A stretch of 33,833 nucleotides of DNA from Alistipes sp. (GCA_045133075.1 JBGUTM010000142.1:1-33833); one strand, 5' to 3'; counted from the stretch's first letter, positions 9,393 to 19,298 are shown. The notes: generated from the sequence alone by a model not told the origin. A program made the numbers and translations.

Positions 9393-9415
9393 TCGAGTTG
9401 CTAAAATAGCAGATT

Positions 9416-9451
9416 GCCTGCCCGACAGAGTGTTGTCGGGCAGGCTTTTTT
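9416..9451 (+). terminator. Rho-independent terminator after glpD
   Basis: GCCTGCCCGACA-gagtgt-TGTCGGGCAGGC, a perfect 12 bp stem followed by T6. Confidence 0.9.
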
Positions 9452-9460
9452 ATTTAAGAT

Positions 9461-9491
9461 TTTGATTTCCTGTACTTTTTTGTTACCTTTG
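9461..9491 (+). promoter_or_regulatory. Bacteroidota sigma-A promoter for the glf operon
   Basis: TTTG (9461-9464), 19 nt spacer, TACCTTTG (9484-9491). Confidence 0.7.
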
Positions 9492-9524
9492 CGTATAGAG
9501 GCACAGTGTTATCGCCCATAGATT

Positions 9525-10619
9525 ATGAAAAAGTATGACTATCTGATTGTTGGAGCAGGCCTATTTGGTGCCGTGGCGGCGTGGCGGACCAGGCAGGCGG
9601 GCCACTCGGTGCTCGTAATCGAGAAACGCCCTCATCGTGGCGGAAACATCTATTGCGAGGAGGTGGACGGCATCAATGTCCACAAATACGGCGCACACAT
9701 CTTCCACACCTCAAACCGCGAGGTCTGGGAGTTTGTAAACCGCTTTGCCGAGTTCAACAACTACATAAATTCACCCGTGGCAAACTACAATGGTAAGCTC
9801 TACAACCTACCCTTCAATATGAACACCTTCGCAGCAATGTGGGGTATAACCACCCCCGCCGAGGCTCAGGCAAAGATTGAGGAGCAACGCCGCGAGGCGG
9901 GAATCACCGCACCACAAAATCTTGAAGAGCAGGCCATTTCGCTCGTAGGCCGCGACATCTACGAGGTGCTGGTCAAGGGCTACACCGAGAAGCAGTGGGG
10001 ATGCGATGCTCGTGAACTGCCGGCCTTCATCATACGCCGCTTACCCGTGCGATTTACCTTTGACAACAACTACTTCAACGATCGCTGGCAGGGAATACCC
10101 ATCGGTGGCTACAACAAAATTATAGATGCTCTCTTCGAGGGTGTCGAGGTGCGCTGCAACACCGACTTCTTCGCCGACCGTGAGGCGTGGCTCGAGCAGT
10201 GCGACAAGGTCATCTTCACCGGCCGCATAGATGAGTACTACGACTTTAAGTTGGGCAGGCTGGAGTATCGTTCGCTGCGCTTCGAGCACGAGAGGCTCCC
10301 CATTGAGAACTATCAGGGGTGTGCCGTGGTGAACTACACCGAGCGCGAGGTGCCCTACACCCGTATCATCGAGCACAAACACTTCGAGTTCGGCACACAG
10401 CCCTCGACCGTCATCACACGCGAGTACCCCGAGCAGTTCGATGAGGGCCGGGAGCCCTATTACCCCATAAACGATGAGCGTAACAACACCCTTGCAGAGC
10501 AGTATCGCGCGCTCGCAGCCAATGACGATAAGGTCATCTTCGGCGGCCGTTTGGGCGAATATCGCTACTACGATATGGATAAGGTTATCGAGAGCGCACT
10601 AAAACTGGATATACAATGA
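9525..10619 (+). CDS. glf: UDP-galactopyranose mutase
   Basis: YDYLIVGAGLFG, HKYGAHIFHT, LPFNMNTF, GYTEKQWG, RIIEHKHF, EPYYP, GRLGEYRYYDMD motifs. Confidence 0.96.
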   Translation: MKKYDYLIVGAGLFGAVAAWRTRQAGHSVLVIEKRPHRGGNIYCEEVDGINVHKYGAHIFHTSNREVWEFVNRFAEFNNYINSPVANYNGKLYNLPFNMNTFAAMWGITTPAEAQAKIEEQRREAGITAPQNLEEQAISLVGRDIYEVLVKGYTEKQWGCDARELPAFIIRRLPVRFTFDNNYFNDRWQGIPIGGYNKIIDALFEGVEVRCNTDFFADREAWLEQCDKVIFTGRIDEYYDFKLGRLEYRSLRFEHERLPIENYQGCAVVNYTEREVPYTRIIEHKHFEFGTQPSTVITREYPEQFDEGREPYYPINDERNNTLAEQYRALAANDDKVIFGGRLGEYRYYDMDKVIESALKLDIQ

Positions 10620-11449
10620 GTAAAACCGTAATTTTGGTCTGCGCCCACAAGAAAGACCGCTGTCTGGCGCACGAACCCTACCTGCCCATCCAGGTCGGCA
10701 AGGCGATATCCGCAGTAGACCTGGGCTTCGTAGGGGATGACACGGGCGACAATATCAGCCACAAAAACCGCAGTTTCTGCGAACTTACCGCCCACTATTG
10801 GGCGTGGAAGAACCTGGGCGAGGCCGACTATGTAGGCTTGAGCCACTATCGCCGCTACTTCGACTTCGGCACCGAGCCGGGAAACGTACACATCGTTCGC
10901 TCCGAAGCCTTTTTCGGAGAGGAGCACCCCACTCCCGATATGGATACCCTCTTTGAGAGTTGCGATATCGTACTTTCGAAGCCCCGTGTGCAGACCCGAA
11001 ACCTCTACACCGAGTATGCACGCAGCCACCGCGGAGAGGATATCCTTTCCGTGCGAGAGATTGTGGCAGAGCGTTCACCCGAGTATCTCGATGCCTTCGA
11101 CAAGGTCTTCTTCGACAACAACCTATTGGTTCGATTCAATATGTTCATTATGCGCCGCAAGGATTTCGAGGCCTACTCCGAGTGGTTGTTCGATACGCTC
11201 TTTGAGGCAGAACGCCGCATCGCAGTCCCTGCCGACCCCGTACAGGGCCGCATCTTCGGCTACATCAGCGAACGTCTGCTGTTGGTCTATGCCCGGCATC
11301 ATCGGATGCGCATAGACTATAAGGCCGTATATATGGTAGATGACCGCCTCAAGCCCAAGACCAAGTGGAGCTACGATATGCACCGCATAATCAACAACAC
11401 CATCTTCGCACTACGCAAGATATTCGATTGCAAGAAAATTTTTAATTGA
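10616..11449 (+). CDS. DUF4422-family glycosyltransferase (probable galactofuranose-related transferase)
   Basis: DDTGDNISHKNRSFCELTAHYWAWKN, VGLSHYRRYF, NMFIM, YSEWLFDTL, RIFGYISERL; ATGA overlap with glf. Confidence 0.85.
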   Translation: MSKTVILVCAHKKDRCLAHEPYLPIQVGKAISAVDLGFVGDDTGDNISHKNRSFCELTAHYWAWKNLGEADYVGLSHYRRYFDFGTEPGNVHIVRSEAFFGEEHPTPDMDTLFESCDIVLSKPRVQTRNLYTEYARSHRGEDILSVREIVAERSPEYLDAFDKVFFDNNLLVRFNMFIMRRKDFEAYSEWLFDTLFEAERRIAVPADPVQGRIFGYISERLLLVYARHHRMRIDYKAVYMVDDRLKPKTKWSYDMHRIINNTIFALRKIFDCKKIFN

Positions 11450-11480
11450 GAATTGAAATCCATCCTCAGTTCTACGGATA

Positions 11481-11509
11481 GCTCCCCTAAAACAGGGGAG
11501 CATTTTTTT
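11481..11509 (+). terminator. Rho-independent terminator between convergent genes
   Basis: GCTCCCCT-aaaac-AGGGGAGC followed by A-T7. Confidence 0.75.
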
Positions 11510-11515
11510 GAAACC

Positions 11516-12598
11516 CTACAACTTTTTGAAGAGTGGATAGCCCAATTTTTTGCGCAGTTTAAGTTTACGCACAAGGTTGAGAGGTTTAGGGCGCAGGGCT
11601 TTAGAGCCTCCATCTGCGATAAGCTCATCGACAGCATCGAGTATTCGTGCGGCGCAGAGTCCGTCACGATGTGCTTCGTGGTTATCGCGCCATTGGCGCA
11701 ATGCCGACATCAACTCTTCGGGTCGGGCGAGAGCCTTCTCAAGTGCCGGTTCGACATCGGCAACATTCTCGACATTAAGCAGGTGGGCTCCGGGCATCGA
11801 ATTGCGGAATGTGACCACAGGCTTATCCAAGAGCATAAACTCCATAATTATCGAAGAGGAGTCGCAGAGCATCACATCAGCACGCTGCATTGCGCTCATC
11901 TCGAAGGTATTACCGAGATATTCGGCATTATCGTATCGCTCGGCAAGTGAGCGGTAGTGTGCCAGTACCTGCTCGTCATCGAGCTTGGGGTGGAACATAA
12001 AAATCCAATTCCAACCTCCCGAGGCAACCATACGCTCCACCTCCTCGGCCAGCACCGAGGTCGATGTCAGAGAACGTGTAAATGTCGAAGAGTAGAGGAT
12101 TGTGGGGCGGCAGCTATTGGTCCTCTCTGCATCCTCGGGTGTGGCAGGCATCTCTGCAGCTGCGCGGATGTAGCTGTCGCTCTTTGCCCAGCCTGTCTCG
12201 CGCACACGGAAGGTGCCAAGCCTGCGGGCAAGCTCCTCAAAGGGGGCGGTACTGCTGGGGCCCTGAGTGCAGTAGAGGTCAAACCAATCGCGGATAGTAA
12301 AGTGGTCATCGTGACGGTCGGCACGTTTATTTATCGGGTAGCCGTGGAAGACCTCGACCTTGACACCTGGGAAGAAGTCGGGGATATAGTTTCCCGGAGC
12401 AAAGACCGCTACGGGGTCGAACTGTTCGACCTGTGCAAAATCCTCGATGCGGAGGCGTGAGCCGAGGGCCTCGGTCGGGCAACCCTGCTCGACAAACCAC
12501 GCCGATACACCACCACGGCGCGCTATCTCCTCCTCGATGGGGAAGAGTATGGCGTAGGCGTAGGAGTGTGCCACATAGAAGAGATATCGTCTGCCCAT
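11516..12598 (-). CDS. CDP-glycerol glycerophosphotransferase (TagF-like, GT-B fold) family protein
   Basis: EVFHG, CTQGP, TGWAKSD, ILYSSTF, FHPK, DVMLCDSSSIIMEFMLLDKPVV, the family pattern; the donor substrate cannot be determined from sequence. Confidence 0.75.
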   Translation of the reverse strand: MGRRYLFYVAHSYAYAILFPIEEEIARRGGVSAWFVEQGCPTEALGSRLRIEDFAQVEQFDPVAVFAPGNYIPDFFPGVKVEVFHGYPINKRADRHDDHFTIRDWFDLYCTQGPSSTAPFEELARRLGTFRVRETGWAKSDSYIRAAAEMPATPEDAERTNSCRPTILYSSTFTRSLTSTSVLAEEVERMVASGGWNWIFMFHPKLDDEQVLAHYRSLAERYDNAEYLGNTFEMSAMQRADVMLCDSSSIIMEFMLLDKPVVTFRNSMPGAHLLNVENVADVEPALEKALARPEELMSALRQWRDNHEAHRDGLCAARILDAVDELIADGGSKALRPKPLNLVRKLKLRKKLGYPLFKKL

Positions 12599-12619
12599 AT
12601 CGCTACATTTAGGGGTGTG

Positions 12620-13465
12620 TTACTCGCCTGCAAAACTCTTCAAGAGGGCAATCTCCTCGCTCCAGCGGCTATCATCGGGGGTCTCGAGAATGAGCGGCAC
12701 ATTATCAAATCGCGGATCCTCACATATAAAGCGGAAGGGGTCGATGCCGAGCATACCCTCACCCAGCGGGGAGTGGCGGTCTACGTGGCTGCCGAGAATC
12801 TTCATCGCATCGTTCAGGTGCATACCGCGCAGGTAGTGAAAGCCCACGATGCGGTCGAAGTCGGCAAAGGTCTGATCGAAAGCCTCTCGGGTGCGCAGGT
12901 CATAACCCGCAGCAAAGGCGTGGCAGGTGTCGATACAGACACCCACACGCGATTTATCCTCCACACGCTCGATGATATGAGCCAGGTGCTCGAATGCAAA
13001 ACCGAGGTTAGAGCCTTGTCCCGCGGTATTTTCGATGACGGCCGTGACGCCGTGAGTGCGGTCGAGAGCCATATTTATCGACTCGGCGATACGGTCGAGC
13101 GAGTGCAGTGCAGTAATTTTGTTCAGATGGCTGCCGGGATGGAAGTTCAGGCGGTCGAGACCCAACTTCTCGCAACGCGCCATCTCCTCAAAGAAGGCGG
13201 CACGAGACTTCTCGAGACCCTCACGCTCGGGATGTCCGAGGTTGATGAGGTAGCTGTCGTGGGGAAGAATCTGCGCGGCGGTGTAGCCATACTTGGCGCA
13301 GGCCTCCTTGAAACGAGCAGCCTGCTCGTCCGTCACGGGAGATGCACTCCACTGACGTTGATTCTTAGTGAAGAGGGCAAAGGCCGTTGCCCCTATTGAG
13401 TGTGCATTGAGCGGTGCATTCTCAACTCCGCCCGATGCGCTAACGTGTGCTCCTATATATTTCAT
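12620..13465 (-). CDS. nfo: Endonuclease IV (AP endonuclease 2)
   Basis: [45 protein letters not shown] Zn-ligand motifs. Confidence 0.96.
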   Translation of the reverse strand: MKYIGAHVSASGGVENAPLNAHSIGATAFALFTKNQRQWSASPVTDEQAARFKEACAKYGYTAAQILPHDSYLINLGHPEREGLEKSRAAFFEEMARCEKLGLDRLNFHPGSHLNKITALHSLDRIAESINMALDRTHGVTAVIENTAGQGSNLGFAFEHLAHIIERVEDKSRVGVCIDTCHAFAAGYDLRTREAFDQTFADFDRIVGFHYLRGMHLNDAMKILGSHVDRHSPLGEGMLGIDPFRFICEDPRFDNVPLILETPDDSRWSEEIALLKSFAGE

Positions 13466-13501
13466 AATTATATCTATTTTATCAACTCAAAAACTCGTCT
13501 A

Positions 13502-13509
13502 CAAATATA
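13502..13509 (-). promoter_or_regulatory. -7 element for nfo
   Basis: Minus strand TATATTTG matches TAnnTTTG, 36 nt upstream of the nfo ATG. Confidence 0.55.
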
Positions 13510-13521
13510 CGCAAATTTTCG

Positions 13522-13529
13522 TATCTTTG
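13522..13529 (+). promoter_or_regulatory. -7 element for the DUF4838-like lipoprotein gene
   Basis: TATCTTTG matches TAnnTTTG, 31 nt upstream of ATG 13561. Confidence 0.6.
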
Positions 13530-13560
13530 TATTCGATACAGGCGTTTAATCAAAATAATT

Positions 13561-14610
13561 ATGAAGAAATTTTTACTCTTTGCGACCACAATCGCCATCA
13601 TGGCAATGGCTGGTTGTAAGCCACAAAAACACTATCAGATGAGGGGTGTAATCCTCGACCCCAACGACCTGTCGAGTGTAGAGTGGGTCAAAATGGCGGC
13701 CGAGAACGGCATCAACACCATCGGAACACATATGGCCCCAGGCTGCAAGGCTATGTGCCAAGAGATTAGTGAGTTTATCCTCTCGGAGAAGGGCCAGGCA
13801 TTTATGGCCGAATGCGAGAAGTATGGCATAGATGTCGAGCACCAACTCCACGCAATGAAGGAGCTGCTGCCCCGTGAGCTCTATGCCGAGGATTCGACAA
13901 TGTTCCGCATGAACGAGAATGGTCGCCGCGTGGCCGACTACAATTGCTGCGTTCATTCGGATAAAGCCCTGAATATCATCGTGGAAAATGCAGTAGAGAT
14001 CGCCAAGGTCTTGCGCCCGACAAACCATCGCTACTACTATTGGCTGGATGACGGCAAACCCGTATGCCAATGTCCGCAGTGTAAGGAGTTCAGTCCGAGC
14101 GACCAGGCTCTCATTATCGAGAATCGCATCATCAAGGGACTTCGCACCCTCGACCCCGAGGCTCAACTTGCCCACCTGGCCTATCACAATGCGGTGCAGG
14201 CACCGCGCACGGTGAAGCCCGAGGAGGGTATCTTCCTGGAGTTTGCCCCCTATTTCCGCTCGTGGGAGCATCCGCTGACCGACCTGGATATCGAAAGACG
14301 AGGAATGACCCACGGCGAAAACCTCCAATGCCTGAAGGATAATCTGGAGGTCTTCGACCCCGAGAGTGCAATCATTCTGGAGTACTGGCTCGATGTGTCG
14401 CTCTTCAGCCGTTGGAAGAAACCGGCGGTGGAGCTGCCGTGGCGCAAGGATGTATTCCTCTCGGATATCGACACCTTTGCCAAGATGGGTGTTAAGAATG
14501 TCACCTCGTTCGCCCTATTTATGGATGCGGAGTATTTTTCGAAATACTCGGATGCACCCGTTAAAGAGTATGGCGAGGGGCTAAAGAACTATATTCTTGA
14601 GGGTAAATGA
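13561..14610 (+). CDS. Lipoprotein with DUF4838-like domain (function unknown, possibly a glycoside-hydrolase-like barrel)
   Basis: SPII signal MKKFLLFATTIAIMAMAG-C; WLDDG-x3-CQCPQC, AHLAY, LEFAP and EYWLD motifs. Family recalled, not searched. Confidence 0.65.
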   Translation: MKKFLLFATTIAIMAMAGCKPQKHYQMRGVILDPNDLSSVEWVKMAAENGINTIGTHMAPGCKAMCQEISEFILSEKGQAFMAECEKYGIDVEHQLHAMKELLPRELYAEDSTMFRMNENGRRVADYNCCVHSDKALNIIVENAVEIAKVLRPTNHRYYYWLDDGKPVCQCPQCKEFSPSDQALIIENRIIKGLRTLDPEAQLAHLAYHNAVQAPRTVKPEEGIFLEFAPYFRSWEHPLTDLDIERRGMTHGENLQCLKDNLEVFDPESAIILEYWLDVSLFSRWKKPAVELPWRKDVFLSDIDTFAKMGVKNVTSFALFMDAEYFSKYSDAPVKEYGEGLKNYILEGK

Positions 14611-14675
14611 GGATTTTGAAGGCAAGCGTGACGCCAAAATCACCTTGTTAGGCAACTTCTTAAAAAATTTTTAGT

Positions 14676-14683
14676 TATCTTTG
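14676..14683 (+). promoter_or_regulatory. -7 element for the DUF3078 operon
   Basis: TATCTTTG, 32 nt upstream of ATG 14716. Confidence 0.6.
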
Positions 14684-14715
14684 AGCCATAAAAACACATA
14701 TAACAATATCACGAC

Positions 14716-15819
14716 ATGAGAAAACTTTACTCAATTTTTGCATTTATCCTGCTGGCGGCAACAACTCCCGCTATGGCACAGGTATCTATTGAAGCTGCCG
14801 CTCCCGCCAAAACGGCCGAAGAGGGTATCACCTTCGAGGATAAGGTGAAGCAGAACGCAGTACAGAACGAGTTCTCGAACGAAGCAAAACGCCGTGCAGA
14901 ACGTGCTGCAATCCGCAAAGAACGCAACACCATCGAATTTAACGCCGCACTGAATGGTTCTCTCTCGAACTTCAATAGCAAGTGGCAACAGGTGAATGGT
15001 AACGCCAATGCTATCACCGGCATTGCCAACCTGCTCTTCACTCACTCATTCACAAAGGGTAAGTTCACCATCAATAATAAGGTTACCGCTAAACTCGGAT
15101 ATACCAGCAAGGAGAGCGAGTGGACCAAGAGCCAGGATGAGTGGTTTATCTCGACCGCACCGGCATACAAAATCTCGAACGAGTGGAACTTCGGTGCCAT
15201 CGCCTCGCTGCGTTCGCAATTCGCCAACGGCTTTGACAAAAACAACAAACGCACCAGCTCAGCTATCGCTCCGGCATATCTGAACCTCTCGCTCGGTTTT
15301 ACCTACAACTGCCCCAAGAAGGGCTTCCCCATCAAAATCAACCTCTCGCCTATATCTATGAGTGCAACATATGTCACCAACCCTTTGGTGCGTGACGTGT
15401 TCTATTTCACCAAGTTCGGCACCAAGGCCCTGGCAGATTTGACCGCAGCAGAACTGAACACACCCTACTGTTATGGTCTGACCCTCGAGAATGGCACCTC
15501 ACGCTATGAGGGTGGTTCTTCGTTGCAGGTGAACTTCGACCGCACATTCGGCAAGAAGGGCGTATTCCGCTACCGCACGGTGCTCTACTCGTTCTATGGT
15601 TGGATTAACGAAATCACCCAACAGGCAAGCTCTAACCGCGAACTCTTCGAGCACCTGGCTCCGACTGTACGCTGGGAGCACACCGTGGATATCAAAGCCA
15701 CCAAGTACTTCTCAACACAGTTCTACTTCCAAATGTTCTACAACAAGGCTCAGATTCGTTCGGTGCAGACCCAGATTCTGCTCGGCGTAGGCCTTTCGTA
15801 CAACTTCAAGAACAAATAG
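14716..15819 (+). CDS. DUF3078-family putative outer-membrane beta-barrel protein
   Basis: SPI signal peptide (AMA-Q); LRSQFANG and APAYLNLSLG motifs; amphipathic strands; C-terminal beta-signal-like GVGLSYNF. Confidence 0.7.
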   Translation: MRKLYSIFAFILLAATTPAMAQVSIEAAAPAKTAEEGITFEDKVKQNAVQNEFSNEAKRRAERAAIRKERNTIEFNAALNGSLSNFNSKWQQVNGNANAITGIANLLFTHSFTKGKFTINNKVTAKLGYTSKESEWTKSQDEWFISTAPAYKISNEWNFGAIASLRSQFANGFDKNNKRTSSAIAPAYLNLSLGFTYNCPKKGFPIKINLSPISMSATYVTNPLVRDVFYFTKFGTKALADLTAAELNTPYCYGLTLENGTSRYEGGSSLQVNFDRTFGKKGVFRYRTVLYSFYGWINEITQQASSNRELFEHLAPTVRWEHTVDIKATKYFSTQFYFQMFYNKAQIRSVQTQILLGVGLSYNFKNK

Positions 15820-15831
15820 TAACGCACAAGG

Positions 15832-17493
15832 ATGCGTAAATTCAGATTCGGACACATTTTGGGGTACCTGCTGCCGCTCGTTGCGGTGGCAGTTGCCTTT
15901 ATTGTCGGTATGAGGGTCGGAAAGGTGCGCTCTCGTCACATCACACAGTCGCAACTGCGCGAGATTGTCGGCGAGTTGAACGCGCCGAAGAACAAACTGA
16001 CATACACCCTCTCGCTCATAGAGAAGAGTTATGTCGATTCGCTATCGCTCGACTCTATTGTCGAACACGTGATGCCTCACCTCATCGAGAAGCTCGACCC
16101 CCACTCGGCATATATCCCCGCCTCGGAGATGCAGGCCGTAAACGAACCTCTGGAGGGTGAGTTTGATGGCATCGGCGTAGTCTTCAATATGGCTACCGAC
16201 ACGGTTATCGTGCTAAATGTAATCCCAAAAGGGCCGAGCGACAAGGCCGGAGTACGCGCCGGCGACAGAATCATACGCATCAACGACTCTATTGTTGCAG
16301 GACGAAAAGTTCCACAGAACAACATCGTAAAACAGCTGCGTGGCAAGCGCGGAACAAAGGTCCGTCTCGGCATCGAGCGACAGGGCATCGGCGATCTGGT
16401 CGATATCTCGGTCACTCGCGATGCTATACCTCTGCACAGCATCGAGGCCTCGTTTATGATGACCCCACGCATCGGCTACATCCGTCTGTCGCAGTTTGCC
16501 CGCACATCGTTTGTCGAACTCAAAAAATCGCTTGCGCAGTTGCGTAGCGAGGGTATGAAGCAGCTTATCTTCGACCTGCGCGGCAACACAGGCGGATATC
16601 TTGATCAGGCAATAGCCATAGCCAACGAGTTCCTGCCGGCAGGTGCTCTTATCGTCTACACCGAAGACCGTAACCGCCACCAGCTCAAAGAGTTTAGTGA
16701 TGGCTCTGGAGGCTCGACCGACCTCGATATCGCGGTACTGATTGATGAGGCGAGTGCCTCATCCAGCGAGATTTTGGCCGGAGCCTTGCAGGATAACGAC
16801 CGCGGAATAATCGTGGGTCGTCGCTCATTTGGCAAGGGTATGGTACAGCAGCAGGTTCCCTTTGCCGATGGTTCGGCACTGCGCATCACCGTTGCCCGCT
16901 ACTTCACCCCAACGGGTCGCTCCATACAGAAGCCCTACCGCAATGGCGAAGGCGAAGAGTACCAGAGCGACATCTACAATCGCTATCTGAACAACGAGTT
17001 CTTCTCGGCCGACAGCATACACTTTGCAGACTCGCTAAAGTTCGTGACACCGAAAGGTAAGGTCGTATATGGAGGCGGAGGTATTATGCCCGATGAGTTT
17101 GTGCCGCTCGACACGATGGACGTAACCAAATACTATGTCGAGGTGTCGGGTCGCAACATCCTCTACCGCTACACCATCGAGTATGCCGACCGTCATCGTG
17201 CCGAGCTCGACAAGATAACCACGCTTGACGAGCTGCGAGCTCTCCTCGATGCCGACACCTCGCTACTTTCGGACTTTGTGCGCTATGCCGAGCGTCACGG
17301 AGTGAAGCCCGTACAGCGCGAAATTGCAACCTCTCGCAAGATTATGGAGGCGCAACTGCGTGCCTACATCAGTCGCAACACGGCACTCGAGAGCAACGGA
17401 TTCTACGACAATATACACAAAATTGATAAAACGGTGATTCGTGCAACAGAGATATTGGATCAGTTGCACCAATCCGACATTTCGCAACAATGA
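15832..17493 (+). CDS. S41A carboxy-terminal processing protease (CtpA/Prc-like) with PDZ domain
   Basis: LDPHSAY, FDGIGV, PDZ GPSDKAGVRAGD, DLRGNTGG, SASSSE (catalytic Ser), FGKG (catalytic Lys), ARYFTPTGRSIQ; N-terminal TM anchor. Confidence 0.92.
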   Translation: MRKFRFGHILGYLLPLVAVAVAFIVGMRVGKVRSRHITQSQLREIVGELNAPKNKLTYTLSLIEKSYVDSLSLDSIVEHVMPHLIEKLDPHSAYIPASEMQAVNEPLEGEFDGIGVVFNMATDTVIVLNVIPKGPSDKAGVRAGDRIIRINDSIVAGRKVPQNNIVKQLRGKRGTKVRLGIERQGIGDLVDISVTRDAIPLHSIEASFMMTPRIGYIRLSQFARTSFVELKKSLAQLRSEGMKQLIFDLRGNTGGYLDQAIAIANEFLPAGALIVYTEDRNRHQLKEFSDGSGGSTDLDIAVLIDEASASSSEILAGALQDNDRGIIVGRRSFGKGMVQQQVPFADGSALRITVARYFTPTGRSIQKPYRNGEGEEYQSDIYNRYLNNEFFSADSIHFADSLKFVTPKGKVVYGGGGIMPDEFVPLDTMDVTKYYVEVSGRNILYRYTIEYADRHRAELDKITTLDELRALLDADTSLLSDFVRYAERHGVKPVQREIATSRKIMEAQLRAYISRNTALESNGFYDNIHKIDKTVIRATEILDQLHQSDISQQ

Positions 17494-17705
17494 TTAAACG
17501 AACAATAGGCATAATCGGCACACTAATCGTGCTGGCGGTAGTCGCACTCACCATTTTGGGACGTAACAACTACTCTTCGGCTATAGAGTTTGGGCACAGG
17601 GCCCAGCAGGCAGAGAGCTCTGCACCCGCCCCCTCGCAGCCTGCCGAGGAGCCGACAATGCCGACCGATAGCGTAGATATCGAGCAGAAGGTCGAGATTC
17701 AATAG
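17490..17705 (+). CDS. Small single-pass membrane or secreted hypothetical protein (71 aa)
   Basis: ATGA overlap with the protease stop; hydrophobic N-terminal helix; acidic, Pro-rich tail; fills the gap before the next gene. Confidence 0.65.
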   Translation: MIKRTIGIIGTLIVLAVVALTILGRNNYSSAIEFGHRAQQAESSAPAPSQPAEEPTMPTDSVDIEQKVEIQ

Positions 17706-17744
17706 CAGTAACAACATCCACAAAATCAAAATACAACAACTCCA

Positions 17745-19298
17745 ATGCCCAAATCATTAACACTGACACTCACCCCAAAGCAGGCGGCAGATGCCGCGAC
17801 CTACACCTCGTTGGCTGCTCGTCAATTAGGTGTCAGCGACCGCAATGTGGCATTGGTGCGTGTGGTGAAACGCTCGATAGATGCCCGCCGCGGACGTCCG
17901 AAGGTAAACCTCACCCTCGAGATATACATCGACAACGAGCCGCAGCCGGCACCCGTACACTTCGACTACCCCTCGGTGGTCGGCAAGCCCGAGGTTATCG
18001 TCATCGGCTCGGGCCCCGCAGGACTCTTCGCATCATTACGCCTCATCGAGCTCGGTCTGCGACCGATAATGCTCGAACGTGGTAAGGAGGTGCTCCCGCG
18101 CAAGATGGATGTGGCTCAGATTAACCGCAACGGCGATATAAACCCCGACTCGAACTACGCCTTTGGCGAGGGTGGTGCCGGCACCTTCTCGGACGGCAAG
18201 CTCTTCACCCGCAGCAAGAAGCGTGGTGACTACAACAAGGCGTTGCAGACCCTCGTATTCCACGGGGCATCGCCCGAGATACTCTACGAGGCGCACCCTC
18301 ATATCGGCTCCGACAAGCTCCCTCGCATAATATCCTCGATATGTCGCACCATCCGCGAGGCAGGTGGCGCGGTGCTGTTCGAACATCGCGTAACAGAGTT
18401 TGTTGTGCGTGGTGGTCGCGCCGTGGGCGTGCGCTGTGGCGACACCCTCATAGAGGGTGCTGCAGTGGTCGTAGCCACAGGTCACTCGGCTGATGACATA
18501 TACTTTATGTTGCACGATGCCGGCATACGCCTCGAGGCCAAACCATTCGCTATGGGTGTGCGCATTGAGCATCCGCAAGCTTTGATAAACTCGATTCAGT
18601 ACCATAATTCCGACCAGATGGAGTACCTGCCCTCGGCCGCATACTCGCTCGTATCGCAGGAGAACGGCCGCGGTGTATACTCATTTTGTATGTGTCCCGG
18701 AGGATTTATGGTGCCCGCAATGACCGACCCTGCACAGGCCGTAGTCAATGGTATGTCACCCAGCGAACGAAACTCCCCCTACGCTAACTCGGGACTGGTT
18801 ACCGAGATTCGACTCTCGGACTTCGAATACCTGCGCAAGGAGTATGGCGAATTGGCCGGCCTGGCATTCCGCCGCGAGGTAGAGCAGACCGCTCGCCACT
18901 TCGGAGGTGAACGTCAGGTGGCTCCGGCACAGCGCGTGGCCGACTTTGTTAGCGGCCGCGAGAGCAAATCCCTGCCCGCAGTATCATACATCCCGGGAGT
19001 GGTACCGTCTCACTTCAAGGAGTGGATGCCGACATTTATGTCACAAGCCCTGCGCTCGGGAATAGCTACCTTTGGCCGCAGAATGCACGGATTTATGACC
19101 AACGATGCCGTGGTCGTGGGCGTAGAATCACGCACATCAACCCCGGTGCGAATACCCCGAAACCCCGAAACCCTGATGCACGACCAGATTGCAGGCCTCT
19201 TCCCCGCAGGCGAAGGCGCCGGTTATGCCGGCGGCATCATCTCCGCAGCCCTCGATGGCGAACGCATCGCCACCGCCGTCCGCGAGTATGTGAAATAA
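17745..19298 (+). CDS. Uncharacterised NAD(P)/FAD-dependent oxidoreductase (COG2509-like)
   Basis: IGSGPAG, FGEGGAGTFSDGKL, HIGSD, ATGHSA, FCMCPGG, NGMS, GEGAGYAGGIISAA motifs. Confidence 0.88.
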   Translation: MPKSLTLTLTPKQAADAATYTSLAARQLGVSDRNVALVRVVKRSIDARRGRPKVNLTLEIYIDNEPQPAPVHFDYPSVVGKPEVIVIGSGPAGLFASLRLIELGLRPIMLERGKEVLPRKMDVAQINRNGDINPDSNYAFGEGGAGTFSDGKLFTRSKKRGDYNKALQTLVFHGASPEILYEAHPHIGSDKLPRIISSICRTIREAGGAVLFEHRVTEFVVRGGRAVGVRCGDTLIEGAAVVVATGHSADDIYFMLHDAGIRLEAKPFAMGVRIEHPQALINSIQYHNSDQMEYLPSAAYSLVSQENGRGVYSFCMCPGGFMVPAMTDPAQAVVNGMSPSERNSPYANSGLVTEIRLSDFEYLRKEYGELAGLAFRREVEQTARHFGGERQVAPAQRVADFVSGRESKSLPAVSYIPGVVPSHFKEWMPTFMSQALRSGIATFGRRMHGFMTNDAVVVGVESRTSTPVRIPRNPETLMHDQIAGLFPAGEGAGYAGGIISAALDGERIATAVREYVK

